A DNA stretch of 64,000 bases from an uncultured Verrucomicrobiota bacterium (GTDB lineage: Bacteria; Verrucomicrobiota; Verrucomicrobiia; CAIQCK01). Below, one piece after another: positions 34,495-44,600 of the stretch. The translations under genes and the position numbers were made by a program. The notes below the pieces were generated by a model. It was not told the origin of the DNA. It saw nothing but the letters and a program-made list of their open reading frames with translations, and ran no database searches. Numbering within the stretch: the stretch's first letter is position 1; the number at the start of each line of letters is the position of its first letter. The stretch spans positions 6,135 to 70,134 of the forward strand of contig CAZGGF010000276.1 of the NCBI GenBank assembly GCA_964524715.1. Reading direction: 5' to 3'.

Positions 34495-35221
34495 GCGAAA
34501 GCTCCTTGTCCGCGTTCATTGCTACTGCTCCATCGCTCATCTTGCCTACGTCCTTAACTTAATCCGCCACATATAATCTGTGTGGTCGAATTTCGCATGT
34601 CAGGGGGATGCGCTTGGGGAGTCAGGAATTACCCTGCTCGAATCTTCCGCTCTTCCTGACGTGACGGAGGCCGCTATTGTGCCGAAAGTTGTTTGGTGAG
34701 CCATGGAATGTCACATATAAATGAGGATCACGGCGGAACCAAATCCGGCGGTGCTGTACTATTGAATCGTCCCCTGCCACCCGTATCCTCTTCCTGCCAC
34801 GCCAGACACATGATCAACAGCGATCAAGTTGAGTGCCTGTCACCCCAAGGCAAAGGATGCAAGTTCGTTCTGAGTTTTGGCAGGGCTCGGATCTGCCTTC
34901 ATCCACAACGGCAGGCGATCGCTGCGCGCAAATGAATCCAGAGGGATCGAGGAAGCGGTTTTGCTCCAGCGGAAAAGGTCAACAGATTGCAGGGCCATGT
35001 TGCGATTCGGACTCAAACGAATCGCCCTTCGCAGGATACTGATAACTTAGTCGCGGGGCCGGGGTCAGAAGGCTGTTGCCCAACAGCCACACCCTCCTTT
35101 CTGCCCCCTCCCCGCGGCGACTCCAGTCCGCACCTCGTGCCGCGTCACACGAGCAAGGCTGGCACCGCCGCGTGAGGGTCGTCACTTGATTCAAATCATG
35201 CTCCAGCGAGCCAACGGCACG

Positions 35222-36202
35222 TCAGTGCAAAACTCCTCCTTGGATCGCATCACCGGGCACATCAAGCAACTGGATGCTGGAAATAGTCTTCATCGTCTTG
35301 TGATCAGCGAAAGTCCACACAACCTGCTTGTCTGGCGTCACTTCGATGAGATGCGGTCCTTTGCCAAACTGGCCATGCCCCAACCAGTTGCTCATGACCG
35401 TATTGCCATTGGGCAGGCGCTGGAGACCCGCCATGAACTTCAGGCTGATGCCCGGCAACTCGTCGTCTTTGACTTCCCATACTGTTTTGCCAGCAGCATC
35501 CACTTCGAACACACGATGACCACCAACCCGGTCGCCACATGCGATGAGTGTATTGCCGTTGGGCAGGCGGATGGCGCTGTGCGGACCGCCGACTGCAGGT
35601 ATCTCCCGCACCAGTTTACCCTGCGGATCGTATTCGCGAACAGCCTGTTCACCATAGTGGGCGACGAGGTAATTGCCATTGGCGAGCAGGCGCGCATTGC
35701 GGATGTAGGCGTGGCCTCCGTCTTTGCCTTCAGGCAGCAACCGCACTTCCTTGACGATTCTGCCGTCCGACGTGACTACCAACAGACGGCCTGTGTTGCA
35801 CTCGCCAACAAACGTGTTGCCGTTGGGCAACCGTTGGCAGGCATAAATTTCACTCGGCCCCTCCACCTGTTTCGTCGTGCCATCCTTCTGCTTGACGACA
35901 CGCTTGAACGGCGAGCCTTTGTAGTCAAAGACCACCTTCTTGTCGCGGGTGACTTCCTGTACGCCTGTGCCTGTGTTGAAGAGGAGGTTGCCGTTGGGCA
36001 ATACCCAGAGATCGTTGCATGAGCCGGTCTTGTACTCCCATTCCACGTTGCCGGCAGCACTGACAATGAACACCTTGCCACCACTGTAGTCGGTGCATGC
36101 GAAGTGGTGGCCTTTGCCGGTTTGGAGTGGCATGTCGCCAGCCAGAAGATGCGAGGCCAACAGGGATGAGAGAATGCAGATCAGGAGTGTCGTTGATTTC
36201 AT
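35222..36202 (-). CDS. Secreted beta-propeller protein with reiterated LPNGN blade motif
   Basis: Signal peptide MKSTTLLICILSSLLASHLLA. Five spaced copies: LPNGNLLF, LPNGNTFV, LANGNYLV, LPNGNTLI, LPNGNTVM. Confidence 0.55.
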   Translation of the reverse strand: MKSTTLLICILSSLLASHLLAGDMPLQTGKGHHFACTDYSGGKVFIVSAAGNVEWEYKTGSCNDLWVLPNGNLLFNTGTGVQEVTRDKKVVFDYKGSPFKRVVKQKDGTTKQVEGPSEIYACQRLPNGNTFVGECNTGRLLVVTSDGRIVKEVRLLPEGKDGGHAYIRNARLLANGNYLVAHYGEQAVREYDPQGKLVREIPAVGGPHSAIRLPNGNTLIACGDRVGGHRVFEVDAAGKTVWEVKDDELPGISLKFMAGLQRLPNGNTVMSNWLGHGQFGKGPHLIEVTPDKQVVWTFADHKTMKTISSIQLLDVPGDAIQGGVLH

Positions 36203-36205
36203 GTA

Positions 36206-37399
36206 TTACAGTTCCAGTTTCCACCGCGCTTGACGCAGCACGGCGCGCGACGAGCCTTTCATCAGCTCATACCATACTGACAACAGTGTGCCATCGGCCA
36301 ACTCGACGGTGCTTGGGTAGCCAAGGTCGCCACCCGCGCCGTCTCCAGAAATGATCACCGGCTCCGACCACGTCTTGCCACCGTCGTCGCTGATGCGAGC
36401 CTGATTGCCAAATGGCGGACGACGGTGACCGTAGGTCATCAACAGTTTGCCGCTACGCAGCCGCAACAAATGCGACGGCAAGCCCCAGCAGCCGATGGGA
36501 TGCGGCACTGACCACGTCTTGCCGCCATCGGCGGATTCAGTCTGGAGCGTCTCGCCCGCATTGGCTTTGTTGTGGTTGCGAATCTGGACGATGACACGAC
36601 CTTCAACCGTCTCGACAGCATGCAACTCGTGATAACCTTTTTGCACGTCGTCGCCTTCGCGAGCGGGAATGGCGGCGAGCCAGCGCCACGTCTGGCCGTC
36701 GTCCAATGATTCGCAAACACCCATCCGTTTCCCACCGGTCCAAAGCTCCTTGCCGGCGTAGAGCAGCCGGCCGTCGCTGAGTTGGATGGGCCCATGCGGA
36801 CTGTTCACGATGCTCGAGTAACGCGCCGACCACGTTACACCGCCGTCGGTGGATCGTATCATCCACTGACCGAGCTCCGCCTGGCGTTTTTCGGCATCAA
36901 TGCGGTTGTGCGCGGCCTGCCATGCCTTGAGTTTTTCGGCCGCCCATGCACCCTTCGTGCCGGCTGCTTTCTTCCCGGCAGCGAGCAGAATCTTCTCGTA
37001 AGCGAGCGATGTAAACGTCGTCACGAGGATGCTGCCTTTCGCTGTCTCCAGCACACCGCTGTCCCGATCATCGATGGGGCCGTCGAGCAACACCTGTGGC
37101 CAGCACCACGTCTCGCCGTTGTCGTGCGATACCATCAACTCAACGCGGCCGAACGGGCAGACATGGCTCTCTCGTCCGCCGGACCAACTCACCAGCAAGT
37201 CGCCGTTACGCCGGCGCGCCACGGTCGGCCAGCCGCAATAGTATTGCGGCTGCTGGCTGATGATTTTCGTTTCCGCGACCTTGATCACCGGCGCAGCGTG
37301 AGCCGGGCGTCCGATGCTGAATGCAGCTCCGGATGCGGCCACAATGGTCGTCCGGGCAAATTGCCGGCGGGTCATCGCGAGGGACAGGGCTGGGTTCAT
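36206..37399 (-). CDS. BNR/Asp-box repeat glycosidase, sialidase (GH33)-like, TAT signal
   Basis: TRRQFARTTIVAASGAAF. Asp-boxes: SHDNGETW, STDGGVTW, SLDDGQTW, SADGGKTW, SDDGGKTW. Confidence 0.65.
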   Translation of the reverse strand: MNPALSLAMTRRQFARTTIVAASGAAFSIGRPAHAAPVIKVAETKIISQQPQYYCGWPTVARRRNGDLLVSWSGGRESHVCPFGRVELMVSHDNGETWCWPQVLLDGPIDDRDSGVLETAKGSILVTTFTSLAYEKILLAAGKKAAGTKGAWAAEKLKAWQAAHNRIDAEKRQAELGQWMIRSTDGGVTWSARYSSIVNSPHGPIQLSDGRLLYAGKELWTGGKRMGVCESLDDGQTWRWLAAIPAREGDDVQKGYHELHAVETVEGRVIVQIRNHNKANAGETLQTESADGGKTWSVPHPIGCWGLPSHLLRLRSGKLLMTYGHRRPPFGNQARISDDGGKTWSEPVIISGDGAGGDLGYPSTVELADGTLLSVWYELMKGSSRAVLRQARWKLEL

Positions 37400-37436
37400 G
37401 GAGACTCCTTGTTTTCTGGGCGTAACAACTGCGTGT

Positions 37437-38558
37437 CTATGGACGGTCGGCTTTCAACCAGTCCAGGCTCAATCGGCGCATGCGCAACCGGTTCAAGCCG
37501 CCGACCTTCGTATCGCCGGCGCAGTAGGCCAGCAAGACAGCGTCTTTCGTGAAATGGATGGCGGTATAGCAATACCAACCACCGGGGTCATTCTCAACGA
37601 GTCTGCGATGCGACCAGGTCTTGCCGCCATCGGAAGAGATCGCGGTCACCAGCGGCGTGCGCTTGCCTTTCGGGAACTCAAACGCGCCCGAGTGATCGTT
37701 GTAAACCGCGAGCAGGTCCGGTGAGTCAGGCAGGCGTTCGATGCTCGCAGGCGACACCGGTGATTTGAGCGAGGTGGCTTCCGGAACCGGCCAGTTCTTT
37801 CCCCGATCAGTGGAGTAACAACCCATCTGCGCGCCTTGGTCGGTGCGCATCCAGGAAAAGAGCCTGCCATCAGCCAGTTCCACCACGCCGGGTTCCTGCA
37901 AACCACTGCCCGTGCGCGCCGGCAACGCCCACCATGTGTTGGCCTCGCGCCAGGAGCGGCCTTCATCGTCGGAGAAATACCACATTGCGATCGCCCGGCC
38001 GTCGAACGAACGCGAGCTTTTCGGGTCGGCAGCCCGGGAGCGATGGAAAGCCACTGCTGCCACGAGCCGGCCATCCTTGAGCTGGATGACACGGTCGTTG
38101 TTGAGGACGAAATAACCCGGCGCTTCGATCATGGAAACCGGCTCAGACCACGTCTCCGCCTCGTCGCTGGAAAACCGAACGACAGGACGACAATCGAGCC
38201 AGCTATCCTTCAGCAAATAAAACAACGCAATGCGCCCGCTGCGCAATCGCAACAATGAGACGCTCATCACGTTGGCGCCGGCCTTGTTCTCCACCACCAC
38301 CTTTGGCCGGCTGCTCCATGTTCGACCGCCATCGTCGGAATGGATGCCAACGATACTCGCGGGACTCTCATCCGCTGCGCCGCCATAGAACCGGGTGTAG
38401 CAAAATAGAATCCGTCCCGACTTGAGCGTAACGAAGGAGCCTTCAGAGTTTCGCGAATTCTCCCTGGACGGCTCGATGTTGAGTACGACGGCGTTCTCCG
38501 CTGCCGACGACACAGCAACCGTCAGCAGCAACATCAGCAGCATGCGGAGGAAGGTCAT
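37437..38558 (-). CDS. BNR/Asp-box repeat glycosidase, sialidase (GH33)-like (second copy)
   Basis: Signal peptide present. Asp-boxes: SDDGGRTW, SSDEAETW, SDDEGRSW, STDRGKNW, SSDGGKTW. Confidence 0.65.
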   Translation of the reverse strand: MTFLRMLLMLLLTVAVSSAAENAVVLNIEPSRENSRNSEGSFVTLKSGRILFCYTRFYGGAADESPASIVGIHSDDGGRTWSSRPKVVVENKAGANVMSVSLLRLRSGRIALFYLLKDSWLDCRPVVRFSSDEAETWSEPVSMIEAPGYFVLNNDRVIQLKDGRLVAAVAFHRSRAADPKSSRSFDGRAIAMWYFSDDEGRSWREANTWWALPARTGSGLQEPGVVELADGRLFSWMRTDQGAQMGCYSTDRGKNWPVPEATSLKSPVSPASIERLPDSPDLLAVYNDHSGAFEFPKGKRTPLVTAISSDGGKTWSHRRLVENDPGGWYCYTAIHFTKDAVLLAYCAGDTKVGGLNRLRMRRLSLDWLKADRP

Positions 38559-38676
38559 GATGCCCCGCCTTATAACCGCGCAACAGCCCCTTGGCCAAGC
38601 TTTTCGTCATCCCACCCAAGAACCAAGATGCCACTGGCAGGAATGCTGTTGTCGCGACAGCGAAGGATGGCCGGAC

Positions 38677-41600
38677 TTAGTTCTGCGACGGGTGCGCGCG
38701 CCGGCGGCGGAAGTTCCAGGCGAAACCCACTCCCGCCAGCAGCAGTGCAGCACTGGATGGCTCGGGGACAAAGACAATCTGGCCACCGTTGGTCAGATAA
38801 ACATTCATCAAGCCGTAGCTGTCTTTGTTGGCTGCATTGATCGTTTCGCCCGCGGCGCCTTTCAGCACTTTGGTACCGTTGCTGTCCTCGTAGATGAATT
38901 CGATCCCCACGTAGATCGTCAACTGGCTCAACTTCAATGTTGCCCCGTTAAACAAATGCAGGACATCCACGTACAGCGCCTCATTGGTACCAAGTCCGCC
39001 ACCGTTGTTGATGTTGTTCACGAACTCGATGTGGTTGGTGATGTTGAGCGTGCCGACGGCGAAATTCCTATCGAAGCCCAGGAACGACACGCCCCGGTTG
39101 GTGCTGGCCACCTCGAAGGTGTTCGTCGTCACACCCACACCGGTCAGGGGGGTTGTGCCACCGACGTAGATCGTCCCGTAACGCGTGTTGTAATCCATCC
39201 TGTTGGTGCTGCCGTTCAGGAAGTTCCCGCGCAGGATCAATACGTTGTTGGTCTGCGGCATGGAGAGCACGCCGCTTGGTCCCAACATCAGAGTGCCAGT
39301 AATGATCGCTGTGGAAGGATTGACGAACGCCAGCGTGCCGTGATTCGTGACGCTGCCGTTGAATCGAATCAAGCTCTGGTTGGACACGCGAATGGATGCG
39401 CCGGCCGCGTTGGTCACAGTGCCATTGAAAGTGGCTGTGCTCTGATTGTCAATCCGCACAATGTTCTGGTTGAACAAGCCCAGGCCAGTGAAGGCGGCGT
39501 TCGTGATGGCGATGGTGCCGGTGTTGATGAACGATTGCGTCACGTCGAGCGTCGCCCCCGCTCCGAGCGCGCGCAACACGCCCGCGTTGACGGGCGTGCC
39601 GAGCGCATCGCCGTAGAAACCAGCCGTAAGCCGCAGCGTGCCGCCGGTGGCCGTGATGATGCCATCATTGCGGATCAATGCGGCTATGACGCCGTTGCCA
39701 ATGATGGAGCCGGTACTGCTGTTGGTAAGCACGCCACCTGCAACGAAGTTGGTGAACACGCCGCCAGCCAGAAGATTCACGATGCCGGCGTTGATGAAAG
39801 CATTGGAGAATTGAAGGACACTGCCGTTGCCAACAAGGATCGTGCCGGCGTTGGTGAATGTGTTGACCACGTCGAGCCGCGTCACGATACCCGTCGCATT
39901 TGCATTGGTTTGCAGGATCGTGCCGGCATTGCTGAGGTTCCAGATGAAGCTCGTCCGGTTGTTGAGATCGAGAACGGACTGTGCCAGCGCGATGATCACG
40001 TTGCTGGCGCCGAAGGTCTCGTTGCCACTGCCCGTCCTGTTGACCTGACGGTCCACCAGGCGAACCCACGCGTTGCTGCCCGACGCAGCATCGCCTATCA
40101 GGACCGTGCCAAAATAGAAGTTGGTGGCTCCGCCAAGACCGGCGGTCGCAAACACGCTGGCAACCTCAAGCTCCTGAATAGTCCATGTACCGCCGGTCGA
40201 AGAACCGTTGAAAATGTTGGTGCCGGAGAAAACGTTGAGCGATTGATTGGTGGCTGCGTTCTGGAAATCTCCGCCGATATAGAGCGTGCCGCTATTCAAG
40301 AATGAGGCATTGGTGCCAAGCCTGAAATCACCCAGCGTTCGCACGACGCCGCCGTTGGTGATGACCAACTGGTTGCCGACTGTTGCGTAGCCAATCGTCA
40401 TGTCGCCGCGATTGCTCCAAACCGAACCGGAACCGGTCACCACCACCACGTTGCTGTTGGCTCCCGTGTTTTCTCCCATGGAAACATCGGCCGTCACCAG
40501 CAAGCCACCGGCATTGACGGTCACCCGGTTGCCCACACCATAGAGCCCCACCGCGAATCCACCGCCATTGCTCCAGACTGAGCCGCTGCCACTGATCAAC
40601 GCCGTATTGTAGTTGGCGCCAGGCAGGACACCCACGCCACCCGTAGTAGAGTTGATGACCTGGCCGCCGTTGGTAACAATCAACGAGTTGTATGAACCGC
40701 CGTAACCCACGCCAAGACCGTTGGTGTTTCTCCAGACTGCATTGTTGATCAACACGCTGTTGCTATTCGCGCCGAGACCGTAACCGATGAATCCCATGCT
40801 GCTCATCACAGTGCCACCGTTGGTGATGATGAGTTGATTGCCACTGCTGACAGCGCCCACCCGCAAATCGCCAGAGTTGCTCCACACCGTGCCAGCGCCC
40901 GTTACGCTCACGATGCTCGTAAGGCCCGCCACGCCGCCGAGGATGGTCGCATAGGAAGCGCTGACCGTCACTGTGTTGGTGCCACCGAGGATGTTCCATG
41001 TCGCGGTCTGGTTGGTCGTGGCGCCAACGAAGAAGTTGCTGCCGTTTGGCGCGACAATCCGCGAACCACCGCGCGTGGTCAACGTGCCGTAGTTGAAACG
41101 GAAATATGAGTTTGCGGCGCTGGCATTGTTGTTGGTGGCAATGATCTGGTCAACAACGATGACGCCGCCGCTGAAGTTCAATGCACCCCGGGCGATTTCC
41201 AGCGTGGCGGTAGCTGCCCCGTTTGTCACATAGAGGTTGCCACCGTAGATGTTGATGGAGTTGCCCGTGGAGGTCGATCCGTTGCCGACAACCATCCAGG
41301 GAGCTGTCACCGTGCCATTGCTGCTGATAATCAGCTGCGCCTGCGGGCCATTGTAACCCACATAGATATTGCTGAGGCTGCTCCAAAGCGATCCACTGCC
41401 AGTGACCAACACGAGGTTGTTGGACGCCTGCGCGTCATAGTAGCCGATATAGCCGTAACGATTGTTGAGGACCTGGCCTCCGGCCGCAATCGTCAGACTG
41501 TTCGAAGGCCCCCAGGAACCCGCATATAGATCACCGTCGGCGAGTCTGTTGAGATTCCAAACGGAGCCTGTGCCGGTGACCAATACGCTGTTGTTGCAGC

Positions 41601-44600
41601 CACGCTGATCAGCGATGGTGCCACCCCAGGAAGTGACTGTGGCTCCATTCTCGATCATCAGGCTGTTGCCAGACCCGTGAGAGCCAACGATCACCTGGCG
41701 AGAAACAGTCAATGTCGAACCTGCGCCGCTTACCAACACGCTGTTGTTGCTCGCCGACGCCAGGAACCCGATGAAAGTGTAGAAGTCAGAAACCTGGCCT
41801 CCGTTGGAAATGTTCAAACGATTTGATGAACCGCTATTGCCAACGTAAATGGTGCTGGTGGCACCCTGCCAACTCGAGTTCGTGCCGGTCACAATGACGC
41901 TGTTGCCTCTTGAGCCCGCCGCATCACCAATGACCATGTCGATGGTCTCAACCTTTACCTTGCCCCCATCTGCAATCGTCAGGTTGTTCGAGGAGCCGGA
42001 ACCTCCAACCTGAAAATAGCTGCCGGAAACCCAAGTGCCCTTGCCCAGCTCCCACGTCGAATTCGTGCCGGTCACCAGCACACTGTTGTTGTTCGCGACG
42101 TCGTTATAGCCGATGTACGCGCCCTTCACGCTGGAAACATAGCCGCTATTGGCAATCGTCAGGCTGTTGCCGGAGCCGCTGTTGCCGACATAGAGATTAC
42201 TATTGTTGTACCAAGCCGAGCCGCTGCCCGTAACCACCACGCTGTTGTTGCTCGATCCGATCTGGCTGACAATGGAGCTATTCGTGCTCATCACCTGACC
42301 GCCGGCGGAGATGGTCAGACTGTTGCCGGAACCGTTCTCGCCAATATTCAAGTAGCCGCTGCCATTCGTGAGGCACCACAGCGAACCGCTGCCGGTCACG
42401 ACTACCGTGTTGTTGGTCGCACCACTTTCCCCGCCGATGCTGGTATCGCCAGTCAGCAGCCGGCCACCGTTATTGATCGTCAACCGGTTGCCCAAGCCAT
42501 ACAGACCCACACAAAAGTCCGCGCCATTGCTCCAGACCGAACCGCTGCCGCTGATCAGCACGGTATTGTTGTTTGCACCGAGGAAGACGCCCACACCGCC
42601 GGTCGTTGTGTTGATGACCACACCACCATTGGTAATGATCAACGAGTTGTATGAGCCGCCGTAACCCACGGCAAAACCGTTGGTGCTGCGCCAGACTGAA
42701 CCCGTGCCACTCACCAGCACGCTGTTGTAGTTCGCACTGGCATCGTAGCCGATGTAGCCCATGCTGTTCACCACCCTGCCGGTGTTGATAATCTCCAGGT
42801 AATTGTAAGAACCCGTCGCGCCGACCATAAGATCGCCACTGTTGGTCCACAACGATCCCGTGCTGACCCAAGCGCGGTTATTGGTCGAAATCTGCGAATT
42901 TCCAACAACACCCGCGCTGGAAATGAGCACCCCTGTATTCGTGATGATCAGGCCGTTGGCCGCGCCATTGGTGCCCACCATATAGGAGCCCGGGTAGTTC
43001 ACCGTGATGTTATTGATGATATTCGTGAGCGGGGTGCTGCCGTTGGCGTCGACATAGATCTCACCGATGCTGTAGAGGAGGCTGGTGTTCCAGAACAAGG
43101 CCCCACTCAAGGCCGGCAGATTGGTTGTGCTGAAAGCTCCCGTGCTTCCGCTGAAATCGAACAAATCAAACCGGTCGCCCATCAGCGGAACGTAGCCATC
43201 GAGCAAGACCGTCAGGGTGCCTCCGAAGTTGAACGTGCCGGTGATATTTATTTGGTCGAACAGCGACGCATTGGTGCCGGCCAACTGCATCTGCAAAAGC
43301 GCAGCGCTGAGCAGAGTCATGTCACCGCTGACCGTGATGGTGCCTGCCGAATCGCCAGGAGCGATGGAACCCGCGACTGTGATGGCCCCCGTGATCGCAC
43401 CCGTGCCAGTCAGCCAGGCGTTGGTGTTGATGAACAACCCGTTGGCGAAAGAGTGACCGCCGCCCAACAGATGCAGTGTTGCACTGCTGAGACCGTTGCC
43501 GACGCGGAACAACGAACTGTTGTTGATGGTGCTCCCGCCACTGTTGAGCATGCCACCGTTGAAGTTGATCACGCTGTTGGCGAGATTGGTAACGACGAGT
43601 CGGTTCACGGTGACGGTGCCACTGTTGAACGTCAGCGAACCGCGCCGGATTTCGAGCGTGCCGGTGCCAGCCGCGTTGGTGGCGTGAAGATTACCGCCTG
43701 AGACCGTGATGGTATTGCCGGTGGAGGTTGCGCTGTTGCCCACGAAGATGTAGGGGGCAAAAACAGTGCCATTGTCGTTGATGGTCAGTGAGGAACCGGG
43801 ACCAGACTCGCCCACGACGAAACTGTTGGCGTTGCTCCACAACGAACCGATGCCACTGACCAGCGCGCTGTTGTTGCTCGCGCTGGCGGTGGCGCCAATG
43901 ATGCCATTGCTGGTCAGGGCCATGCCGCCGTTAGTAATTATCAGGCGATTGAACGAACCATCAGAGCCCACGGCAATATGGTCGCTGCTGATCCAAGCCG
44001 AGCCCGTGTCTCTGATAACAACCTGGTTATTACTCGCACTGGATTCACTGCCAATGTCACCGTAAATGCTCATCACATGGCCGCTGTTGGCAATGGTCAA
44101 CTTGTTGTAAGAACCGTATTCGCCAATGTTTATGCTGCCGTAGCCAACAGCTCCATTCCAGAGTGCGCTGCTGCCGGTCACCTGTACGACGTTATTGGTC
44201 GCGTTCGCGTCTCCGCCGATGGTGGCCTCAGTAGTCACCAGCAAGCCACCGTTGTTGACCATCAACTGGTTATCCGAACCGTAGTACCCCACCGCGAAAC
44301 CGCTCACGTTGGACCAGATCGAACCGCTGCCGCTGACGAGCGCAATGTTGTTGCTGGCAGTGGAAAGGACACCGACGCCGCCGGTGGTAACGCTGATGAC
44401 CACGCCGCCGTTGGTAATGAGCAACCAGTTGAAAGCCCCGGCGTAACCCACCGCGAAACCGTTGGTGCTGATCCAAGTGCTGCCGCCTTTAACCACCGCG
44501 CCGTTGTTGCTTGCGCCGTCCACGGCGCCGATGTAGCCGAAACCGTTCACCACCCGTCCGCTGTTAGCGATGGTCAAACTGTTGCCGCTGCCGAAGTCGC

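Noticed and set aside
34693-34935. An 80-aa plus-strand ORF (or the internal 41-aa MINSDQVECLSPQGKGCKFVLSFGRARICLHPQ...) in the 730-nt spacer upstream of the receiver gene.
   Set aside because: There is no recognisable family and no convincing RBS. The Cys spacing does not match a zinc-ribbon I know, so the evidence is insufficient to call a gene.
38422-40305. A 627-aa plus-strand ORF, and similar long antisense ORFs at 43978-45096, 7418-8635, 9267-10730, 12516-13820, 15218-16537, 17615-18724, 19691-20821, 27274-28653 and 29701-31263.
   Set aside because: These are shadow ORFs typical of high-GC DNA. Each lies antisense to a gene with clear family motifs. Their products are Arg/Ala/Gly/His-rich low-complexity sequences with no recognisable domains.
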